This document shows positions 28,890 through 40,800 of a stretch of DNA of 64,000 nt, one piece after another (positions within the stretch are counted from its first letter, which is position 1; the number at the start of each line of letters is the position of its first letter). The notes beneath the pieces are model-generated. The model saw only the letters and a list, made by a program, of their open reading frames with translations, made no database searches and had not been told where the DNA came from. Origin of the DNA: Mytilus edulis (taxonomy: Eukaryota); the NCBI RefSeq assembly GCF_963676685.1, contig NC_092357.1:60574001-60638000 (forward strand), in the 5' to 3' direction. A program made the translations under genes and the position numbers.

Positions 28890-31800
28890 TTTCCTATGTT
28901 TTAGCTAATAAGAAAAACAGAGCATTTGATAATACAGAATATTTCCTCCATTTGGGACTACTACAATCAGAAAATTATATTCAAGGACATTTCGGAATAG
29001 TTGGCATCGTCAACATAAAAGTGTCTGATACAACCATAATGATTTCTATTAATCATTTTTAATCTAACAATAGACTACTTTCGAGATCTTCAACGAAAAA
29101 GTTCGTCAATTCTGTGCGCCTTTGTGACGTCATTTACCAGACAGAAAGGATAGCCTGTATCCCTGTTCTATTAAAGTTCATCAAGCGTCTTTGTGATCGT
29201 CATTTGGTAGGATAAACTAAAAACTAAATTTGTTCCGTAAGTACTTCATCACAATTCCTTTATGATACCAGTGCTGAATATATATTTAAAGAATTTAATT
29301 TGCCGTATAATCCGTGAAATAGAGCATTACTATTTTTTCAACCAATCGCTCAACATAGGAACGGAAGTGATGACGCTCCTAAACGCACGAATGATGTTCA
29401 CTAAAACCAACGTTTTTGACGGAAATGCATCAAACTCGAAAGGTGTCTATTGGTCTTTACTTACCATCTGATTTCCACATAGTGTTCCTTCAGCAGCTAA
29501 CTTTTTCCTACAATAAGTTATTTTGTCAGGTACAGCGCACCACATGACAGTACAAATTGTAGAGAAATTACCATAATAACGATCCTATAAATAGAAAGGA
29601 GACACATAATAGTACATATAGTAGAGAAATCACCAGAATAACGATCCTATAGATAGAAAGAGGCCATTATAAAGCATAAAAAAACAGCGCACCACATACA
29701 TGACATAATACTGTGAATTCATTATTATTCGTTGGATACCAATATTCTTGGGTTTCGTGGGAACAGGTGAACTACGAATTTAAATGTTCAAAAAATAACA
29801 TATTTGCAATAGGCTTTGTATACAGTGATTACTGAAACCACGAAATCAAATATCCACAAATATAGATGTTTTCAGCAGTCCACGAAAATTAAAAACCTAC
29901 GAAAATTGCATCCACAGTAGTACATATAGTAGAGAAATAACCATAATAACGATCCTATAGATATAAAGGGGCAAATAAAAAACATAAGATAAAGAAACAT
30001 AAACGAAAACACAAGCAACAATACAACAAAATACCAACTGAAAGTTTATCATTGACAAACAAGCCAATTCCGATTGCAAATATATGTTGGAAGGGCTAGC
30101 ATTTCCTGCTTTTTAAGTGACATTTGTCGCGCTACTGTATTAATACTGCCATTAAGTAATCGGTAAGAAGACATTTTACACAAGTATGTCCAACACTAAA
30201 TATTTTCAAATTTATAAAATCATGTGTGCGTAGATCATTCTGACATATTTGTTACCGCACTATATGAACAGACTAAAAGTGGTTACTCCAAAAGGCGGAA
30301 TTAATCTAATATTGCTATTTCTATTTTGGTATATTTCAATTATCTAAATTAAGTCTAACAAATAAATCACACTTTAATGCAACATATTTGTTAAACTATT
30401 CATGATGAGAAGTAATCCAGATATGCCTATAGAAATCTTTCAAAAATACTTTTATATTGGTTAATTACCTACCGTACACAAATACGAGCCGTGTCCGACT
30501 ATGTTTTCACATTGTGCGTGTGCATCGTACACTTGACCTGCTACATCATTTCCAAATTCTGACAAAGCTGTTGCATTGAAGCTAGGACTTAGGGATAACA
30601 TACAATTCGCTGAATTACTAAAAGAAAAAACCAACATATAAATGGCTTCTGTTCATGCATAATCTATAATAGGTATAGATGTGGCCCCAACCTTTTTCGA
30701 GTGCTACCAATGTTTGTCAAAACAAAACCATTAAGGATTTGTTGAAGAAATATTTTCAGTTTGCGTAACTTTTCAGTACAAATCACTTCGTATGGTTTGG
30801 TGCGTCTAATTAGCGTTAAATCAAACACTTTTATATATTATCGTCATTAATAATCTAGTTATATTTGATACTTTTCGTTACATAACCATTATTATGTAGA
30901 GCAAGATCGGCGTACCCTTCCAGAGCACCTTAGATCAACTCCAGTTTTTGTCGGGCTCGTATTGCTTAGTCTTTAGTTTTCTATGTTGTGTCTTGTGTAC
31001 TTTTATTTGTCTGTTTGTCCTTTTCTATTTTATTCATGGCGTTGTCAGTTATTTTTCAATCTAAAAGTTTAAATGTCCCTCTTGTAACTCTCGCCCCTCT
31101 TTTATCTTTCTTAAGAAATTGGTAAGATTTATTACATGTATTAATACTGTTTGTTAATATATGCACCTTTCTAAAGTGTCGATGTAATTGGTAAAATAAT
31201 TGGTAGAACATGAAGAAAATTTCCATGGATTAGTGGCTGTAGCACTGCCAGGTTCTTGTGGACCATTGGAAGACGCCATTATATACGAGTCATTAAAACT
31301 ACATTCGTTTCCATCTCCATCGTGTGATGCTCCTAAGCTGAAAAAGAAAAACATGTTCCTTTCATTACAATTTTATGATGGCTATACTGTGTGTCAAGAA
31401 TTGATACACCATGTTCTTTCTTTTCAGCTTATTTTGATGACATGTTTTACTTTTTTCTGTAAATTTATCAATGCATTGATTATTTATCAATAAATTGTTT
31501 TCTGTTAATTTATTTATTTAGTTTTTGGTCTTGACTATTAACATGTTTGTTTTTGGGTTTTCGTATACTCTGGTTTCATTAGTTTGTTTTCTATTTGAGC
31601 GTCTCATGTAAATTTGTGTAGATGGAACGCGTGTCTTGCGTACAAAATGTGAGTCGTTGTAGCTATAAAATTTATTTTAACATACTGAGTTCAATGTTTG
31701 AATATAGTTTAATTCAATTTTTAAAATTAATACTAGTTAGAAGAAAGCACCCCAATGACACAAAAAGCAAATTAAAAGTAAATCAAACTTTCCAAACTGT

Positions 31801-34800
31801 TATGTTGCTTCGTCGTTTTTTGCATTTTCCTAAAAAAAAATATCTCTGGTAAAGTATACAAGCTACCTTAATTTATAAAGGCAACAGTAGTATACCGCTG
31901 TTCAAAGCTCATAAATCTATTGACAAAACACAAAATCGGGGTAACAAACTAAAACTGAGGGAAACGCATTAAATATAAAAGGAGAACAACGACACAACAT
32001 TAAAATGTAACACACACAGCAACGGACTAAGTATTAGACAAAATCCGATGAGAATAACCAATATAACATAAAAACCAAATACATGAATTTGGGACAGAAA
32101 AGTGCCGTGACACGTCTTATAGTAATGTGAATTCACACTCAAAAATAGGAAAAAACAAACGACACAACGGAAACACAACGTAAAAATGTTACACACATAG
32201 AAACGAACTATGATATAACAATGGCCATTTTCCTGACTTGGTACAGGACATTTTTTAAGAAAAAAATTGGTGGGTTGAACCTGGTTTTGTGGCATGCCAA
32301 ACCTCGCACTTTGATGGCATTGTTAAATATAACATTAAAATGACAACATAATAATACAGGACTACAATACAAATAAATAGCAGCACTTTTTCTCGTTATA
32401 TTTAATAATTCAATCATTTTTTCAGTTAATAATTCATTAAGATTTGCATCAAATTCTACCATTGTATTCACTTACCTATGTCCCAGTTCATGGGCGGCTA
32501 CTGTTGACATTTCAAAGTTGAAATGGTCCTCTACAATAGACTGACTTTTACCTGAACAAACAGCACCAACATATGCCAGCCCTACATAGTAAATAGCAAA
32601 ATATGGTTTTATATATTCAATTAACGTGTTTATATACCGTCGGAACTTTTTTTACACAGCTTGAAATTTTGTCGCTCAAAAGTGTGTAACTATGTTCCTT
32701 ACGTCGTAACTGCAATCCCCTTCCCTTTCATGAATGTGACCTACCGAATTAGACTATTTACCGGATTTGTTATCATGTAAGCAACACGATGGGTGCCACA
32801 TGTGGAGCAGGATCTGCTTACCCTTCCGGAGCACCTGAGATCACCCCTAGTTTTTTGGTGGGGTTCGTGTTGTATATTCTTTAGTTTTCTATGTTGTGTC
32901 GTGTGTGCTGTTGTTTGTTTGTCTTTTTCATTTTTAGCCATGGCGTTGTCAGTTGTTTTAGATTTATGAGTTTGACTGTCCCTCTGGTATCTTTCAATTA
33001 TCTGTTTTAATGTAATAGATATAGATCAATTCATCATCTAAGATATTATCTATTGTTCAAATGTTTTAATATCAATTATTTATCATGATAGACTATTATT
33101 AAGACTTCTTAGTTGTGTTGTCTGTTTTAATAACTTCTCGTCCTTCTTTTAAAATAAGTATATATTTTATGGCAGTTCTGTAGGTTATCATATTGTATGA
33201 CTGTACTCTTAGCAAGTATATTGTATCACTGTTCACTGGCGACAACTATAATTTACCTGCATTCGATGAAGATCCATTTGATGTTAAGTCGTATCTAAAA
33301 ACAAATAAGAATTAAGTACAGCTCTTTGTAAGAACCAGGCAGAGTGCGATACATGAAGGTTTCAGATTTTTTCTATAATTGGTCTAGTAGAAGCAATAAA
33401 TGAAAAATGCTCAAAAAATAAATTTGAGTGGGAAAATATGAGTGGTTGCCATGGTAACGGACACTCTATTTTTTGGTTGTTGAGCATGGTAAAATCTTTC
33501 AAAAATCAGCTAAATCACCACAATTCAGAGCCTGATTATGAATCAAATCGTGCATTTTTTTATTAATTTTCATATGTAACATTGATAGAACTTGGTTTAA
33601 GCTTCATTTTAGTGAAGATTGCATGTCAACCAAATTTGGAATTTTTTTGGAAAATTTTGTGAAAAAATGCATATTTTCAACTTTTCTGAAAATGGGATTT
33701 TTGCTGAATTACCACATTTTCTCTGGTGTTTTTCAGAAAAGTGCAAATGTGTACAGAATAGTTAGCACTGTAGTTATGAAGTTTGGATACTATTTTACCA
33801 AATTTGATAGAAAAATGTGTGGGATTTTTTTTAGTTTTATCACCATAGCAACCAATTTTTTCCTTGGAAACGGAGTTTTCATTTGCAGAATATTGCAGTT
33901 TAAGAGCTTAAATGTCCTGAATTCTTCATAACCGATAAGAAAAATACATAAAAGCTAACGCAAACTTAAAATTACAATCGTCAAGTGTTGTTGACCTCAA
34001 TTGTTACCACGGAAACACATATTATCCTTAGCAACATCCACTCCGAAATTGCATAAATAGAAACTTATGTAAAAAAAAATACAAAAATAGAGGGTGTTTA
34101 TTTTCTAATTTGAATATGACTGCTTTGCTTCACTTACAGTCTATTCTGTTTATTTCATAAGGTTCAACAAATGTAATATATCATGTAATATTATGGTTGG
34201 AAGGTTAGAAAAAAGGGGGGTGGTAGGTTTATTTCTTAAGGATATCATACATGTAGATTCTTGAAAAGATTATGTTTCGTCGGATAACCTGATTATAAAT
34301 AGAATTAATTTTTTCTTCAGAAATTTTATATATATAAGATCGATAATCTATAACTTGGGTTTAGCTTCAGAGGTTAGTTAAGGTACATTGCAGTTCTATT
34401 GCCATGTTTTTGATTTTTTTGTCAGATTTTCGGAAACCTCAGGTTTTATTCATTTGAATGACTTAAAGAAATGGCATTGGCCCCCATTTATCTTTTTATA
34501 AATCTTTTACATGTATAATGATAAGCAATCTGTAAAAGTTTTATAAAATTCAAATTATTTTTTGATAGTTTTGAGAATGTAAACTTGTCAATGAAATAGC
34601 TATGAAAAGTCAAGAGAGACTATTTTCCCGTCAAAATTTCAATGGCTAATACCTCGAAATCAAGCACGTTGAACTGTATATTTTTTTTTACTCTTTTCAT
34701 TACATTATTAATCCCCAATTGATATCCACTTATATTTAAATTGAAAGATCCAAAATAATGTCATACAATTGTGAAACTCAAAGTCAAATGGACAAATTCA

Positions 34801-37800
34801 TCTTTCTGCTTTAAAATGAATTTTTAAATCTCAGAATATGATCAAGATTCTTTGATAGCAAGTCCTTGAATTATCATTTCGATATAATGAAGTATTTTTA
34901 AGATGCTTGGATAGCAATTTAAATAGAGAGAACATAATTTTATCAATAAAACATCTTCATTCTATATAGATTTCTTGCCAACCTACTTTACACAAACGAG
35001 AGCTTACTTTGGTAGTATATTTATATTCGGTTATAGCTATATTAGCAGGGTTGATTTTTGTTTTTTTCCGTATAACCGCAATTTACTCAATTTTCTTTGT
35101 AATATATATATATATATACTAGAAGTAACAAGGATATCGTTTCTGGGGGCCTTTATAGTTTGTTGTTCATGCAATGTAAGCTAATGCGCCGTGTTGAAAA
35201 CCGTACTTTGGCCTATGATGGTTTACTTTTAGGAATAGTGACTTAGATAAACAGTTTTCTTATTGGCATTCATACCACATTTTCTTATATTATTCTGCTC
35301 ATTATTGAAATCTAATTATTCAAGGATTTTACTTTGCAATGACTACAAGAGTGATACATTTTAATATATACAGCCTCCTCTATTAATAACAACTGTTTCC
35401 TTTGAATCTTAAATAAGAAATAAGATAAAACAAAGGTTTGCATTATTTCGCAAAGGTTTCGCGTTGTAACGCAAACACTGGAAGAAAAATTAAAAAAAAT
35501 ATGTGGCGCTAATACGCTTCCGTAGATTTTAAGAAAGGTAGTGCATATGTTAATTAAGAATCAGTGCTCACCCATTACATTAAGAATTGAAAAATCGTAA
35601 TGTACAGCTGATAGAGATGAGGATGAGTGTCATTTTTCAATCGAATGCTCACTTCATAACAATTTGAGGGAGGAACTCTTTCAGCACATTTCTAGCACAT
35701 CTCGATGTTAACACAAGAAAACTTGACTATTATGGGGGATACTGACGATTGTATTGTTAAAAAATAGTTCTTTTGAATTATGTAGTAAATGTCTTGATAC
35801 TGACTGTTATTTGATAAATATAGTTTTTTTTTTCTATTTTGTTTTGGCTCCGATTGTGACTGAGGCTTATGGTGCTATAAAGATAATCATGTCATATTAT
35901 TATTGTTATAAAGTCTTTATGTTGTTCCAATCATTATACCGCCGCTTCAAAAAAGTGGGGTATACTGTTTTGCCTCTGTCTGTCCGTCCGTCCATCCAAC
36001 TTCATCCCTCCATCCCATGAATATTTTTGTTGAATATTTTCATGAACTACATTACAAGGATTTCTGAAAGGTTTATTGAAGTCGGCCATATCGTGTGATA
36101 AGTTTTCAGATTCATCACTAAACCACTTCCTGTTTACCGAACACTTTTCACATGACAGCCAAGTTAAAAAAAAATCGTCATATTTTTCTGAGGAACTACA
36201 ATTAAATACAATGATTTCTGAAAATTGGTTTCGGGGTTTATTAGTCAGCTATACTGAGTGATGCTTTTTTCAGATTCAAAACTCAACAACGAAATATTTG
36301 GGCGAGTTTTCATCAGTAGTTTGCACCATCACTGGTTGTTTATATGCTCTTTATAGACCCTGGAATTTGGAAAAATGAAATATTCTGTTCTGTTTTATTC
36401 TATATACAGATTTCAAATTGAGTATATAGAAAGTATTCGAACTACCTTAGCCTGATGTTATATATACGGAATTATTTCTTTAAAAACATGTTTTTATATC
36501 TAAACGTAATAATACAGACAGACAATTTTTGTTTATCCTGTTACCCTTATGTTTGACTTGATAAGTGTTGGACTTATGGATTGTCGGAGTATTGGGCTGT
36601 CGGAGCAATGGATTGTCGGACTATTTGGTTGTTGTACTAATGGGTTGTCAGACTAATTGGCTGTCGGACTAATGTGCTGTCGGACCAATAGGTTTTCGGA
36701 CTAATGGGTTGTCTTTCCAAAGGGCTGTCCGACTAATGGACTGTCGGACCAATGGGCTGTCGGAATAATAGCATGTAACCTATATGGCCTGGTTAACTAA
36801 AGAAATTTCTAAGAGTTACCATTTGATATTAGGAGAACCTTTCTGGTGCCCTCTTTTCGTTATACATACACTACTATATTTTTCGACTTTCATGTAGATT
36901 TTTTTTTTATCTTTTCTGTTAATTTAAAAAGGAAGATGTGGTATGATTGTTAATGAGACCGTTACATGCCATGAAAGTCGAAAAATATAGTAGTGTATGT
37001 ATGACGAAAAGAGGGCGCCAGAAAGGTTCTCCTAAGATCAAATGGTAACTTTTAGAAATTTCTTAAGTTAACCAGGCCATTTAAGGCAAATTATACAGTT
37101 AACAGTGACACCAATAAAATTCAAACTTGATCTATGTGTATACATGTTTCATAAGATTGATTGAGGCAAACAAAAATTATAAAATAGAAACCAACTTTGT
37201 GACAACTAATGTACTGATGAACATGGGTTAAACCTACTCCAGCCCCCCCCCCCCCCCCCCCCCAACCCGTCCCCAAAAAATAAAAAATTGCGGCACATTG
37301 GAAATTTGCTTTTTTTATTCCACATGGGACACTGAAGTCTTGTATTCATGACTAGAAAACATTGGTAATTACAAACAAAAATAAGATTGGTATGTACATT
37401 GTACTTCGCTGTTTCTAGTGTTGCAGTTAATTGAATGTGTGGAATTTGTATTCAAATTATTACTGTTATTTATCTTGTATTTATGCAGACATTCTCAGCT
37501 AAGTGGTTCCATTCCAAATCTCGGGATTAATGCAGTCTTTTGCAAAGGTTACAGCTAGAGACAGATACAGAAAATAAGGGCGTAATTCCTGTAAAGGTTA
37601 AAAAAACGTTGAGAATAGCAAAACAATTTTTTTGAAGATTCATCCAAAAAAAAATCTACCTCTATTTACCGGTTTACTTTCTTAAGAGGAGGGGGATTTC
37701 AGAAGGATAAGAAGTGTGCTTCAGCTGAATCCCCCTCCCCAAAACACACACACACAACAAGATATTATGTTATCGGAATCTAGAACTTGTGAGATATATG

Positions 37801-40800
37801 TAGAATGACGCATAGTAAGGAATGATTCCTTATTGATACAATTATATTGCTTGATAATTCTGATTTGATAGTTTTGCCGGTAATAGCATGATTATTTTAC
37901 AGGGATTAGCGCAATTCCAACTTAGCAGATGTATTCTATTTGTCTATCTCGGAGATCCTGAATTTCAATTGCGGGATAGTAGTACAACAAAGCAGTAATT
38001 AATGTTTATAGCTACATGTATATATTAAGAGGATTCCATTATACTGGACTTCCGATATTAGCTATCACCCATTGCCTATTATTATTTTTAAAATCACCAC
38101 CAACTTAAAATGTGTTAAATTTGCCTGTCCGTCTATATCCACCCGTCCATCACACTTCAGTTTCAGTTTATAAATGCTTTGACCAAATGATTCTATTATT
38201 GGTTTGTTAATATTATGTTACGGATCAATTTTGTGATTTATGCTGGTGGAATAACATCTCAGACGGATGTGTGCCATAAGAAATTACGAATTTTGCTTAC
38301 ATTTGTTAGGGCCATATATATCTTGCCTTTCCATGAACCAGGTTGACCCGGCTATTGCATTCCCATGAAGTTCATCATCTGTCAACCTTAAACCAGATGC
38401 TCAACAAGGCACAGCTTTATACGACCGCAGAGTTCGAACCCTGAACAGTTGGGGCAAGTATGGACACAACATTCAAGCTAAATACAGCTCTGAATTTGGA
38501 TTGCGATTAAATAGTTGAAACAACATAGTTTTCTGACACAGAATGAATGTGGTCCAAGAACTTGAACTTAAAAATTAAAATTGGACATTTACCTATTATG
38601 GTCCAATATCCAAAATCTAAATACATGGTTAGATTCAGCATATCAAAGAACCCCCAATAATTCATTTTTTGTTAAAACCAAACTAACTTTAATTTTGGAC
38701 CCTTTGGACCTTAATGTAGACCAATTTGAAAACGGGACCAAAAATTGAGAATCTACATTCACAGTTAAGATTCGGCATATTAAAGAACCCCAATTATTCA
38801 TTTTTTGATGAAATCAAACAAAGTTTAAGTTTGACCCTTTTGGTCCCTAATTACTAAACTGATGGACCAAGACTCCCAAAATCAATCCTAACCTTCATTT
38901 ATGGTAATAAACCTTGTGTTAAAATTTCATAGATTTCTATTTACTTACACTAAAGTTATGGTGCGAAAACCAAGAAAAATGCTTAATTGACCCCTTTTTG
39001 GTCGTTAATTCCTTAACTTTTGGGAACAAAACTCCCGAAATCAATCCCAACCTTTCTTTTGTGTTCTTAAACATTGTGTTTGAATTTTATAGATTTCTAT
39101 TTACTTATACTGAAGTTAATGTGTGAAAACCAAGAAAAATGTCTAAATGTACCCTTTTTTTGGGCCCTAATTCCTAAACTATAGGGACCAAAACTCTCAA
39201 AATCAATCTCAACCTTCTTTTTGTGGTAAATAACAGTGTGTTTAAATTTCATAGATTTCTATAAACTTACACTAAAGTTAAAGTGCGAAAACCAATGTTT
39301 CTTCGGACGACGAAACGCAATTATCTTTTCAAGGATCTACTTGTATGCCCCACCCCCCCCCCCCCCCCCCCCCCCCGCCCTTATGTTTCATGACATATTC
39401 CATTTATTGAACAATCTGAAGAAAAATCCCAGACAAGTCTGTGAGTGAAGCAAAGAATGAAGTCATATTCCAATTTGAACCCCTTTATTTATATACTTTT
39501 TTACATAAATTTCTATTTATGCAGTTTTTTTAGTGGATGTTGCTATGGATAATATGTCTTTCCGTGGTAACAATTGAAGTCAACAACACTTAACGATTGT
39601 AGTTTAAAGTTTGAGTTAGCTTTTATGTATTTTTCTTATCGGTTATAAAAAAATCAGGACATTTAAGCTCTTAAACTGCAATATTCTGCAAATGAAAACT
39701 CCGTTTCCAAGGAAAAAATCGGTTGCTATGGTGATAAAACTAAAAAAAATCCCACACATTTTTCTATTGAATTTGGTAGAGTAGTATTCAAACTTCATAA
39801 CTACAGTGCTAACTATTCTGTACACATTTGCACTTTTCTGAAAAACACCAGAGAAAATGTTGTAATTCAGCAAAAATCCCAATTTCAGAAAAGTTGAAAA
39901 TATGCAGTTTTTCACAAAATTTTCCAACAAAATTCCAAATTTGGTTGACATGCAATCTTCACTAAAATGAAGCTTAAACCAAGTTCTATCAATGTTACAT
40001 ATGAAAATTAATGAAAAATGCATTATTCTATTCTTAATCAGGCTCTGAAATGTGGTGATTTAGCTGATTTTTGAAAGATTTTACAACGCTTAACAACCAA
40101 AAAATTGTGTGTCCGTTACCATGACAACCACTCATATTTTCCCACTCAAAATTATTTTTTGAGCATTTTTCATTTATTGCTTCTACTAGGCCAATTATAG
40201 ATAAAATCTGAAACCCCCCATGTATCACATGTATATGGCACACTGCCTGGTTCTTATAAAGAGCTGTACTTAATATCAAAGGTCTTAAATGTTTTGTAAT
40301 ATTGACCATTCTTTTAAATAAACAATATAGATGACCTGGATCCTCATTACTAAATAATTTTTTTTTATTATCTATAGTCCGAAACATTTGCTTACATCGT
40401 ATATGATAGTTGTTGTCCATTCGTTTGATGTATTTGAGCTTTTTGTTTTGCCATCTAATTAGGGACTTTACCTTTATCTTTGTGATTTTACTTTTTTTGT
40501 AGAAAGTACAGGCTAATAAGGATTTTCATACATTTTGAGTCCAGGTTCATGTGTACAGTTTTATTATTTGAAGTCTTTAAAGAATAAATGACAACCAAAT
40601 GAAATATTTATTTTACCTTGTAAAGAGCATTGCGTGATCATGTCCGGGCAGGCTACCAGTTCTCGACCGTACCCATTTCTCAAAATTTGTCAGGGCGTCT
40701 GATGAGTCAACTTGAAAAGGACTCACACTGGTTAACTTGATTGATTCTGTCCATGATGAATCAGATCGAGTCTGGTAAAAGTATAATGAGAACAGAGATA

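Larger units (their letters stand above)
33316..40269. mobile_element. ~7-kb non-autonomous DNA element with ~750-bp terminal inverted repeats, inside protease intron 8
   Basis: TTAA|GTACAGCTCTTT(G/A)TAAGAACCAGGCAG at both outer ends; arms ~33316-34060 and ~39497-40269. Mirror ORFs 33623(+) and 39643(-) give nearly the same text. No transposase ORF inside. Confidence 0.85.

Noticed and set aside
33623-40420. Paired ORFs 33623(+), 39643(-) and 40034(-) as duplicated genes or a transposase
   Set aside because: They are mirror translations of the TIR arms with no DDE or other recognisable motif.
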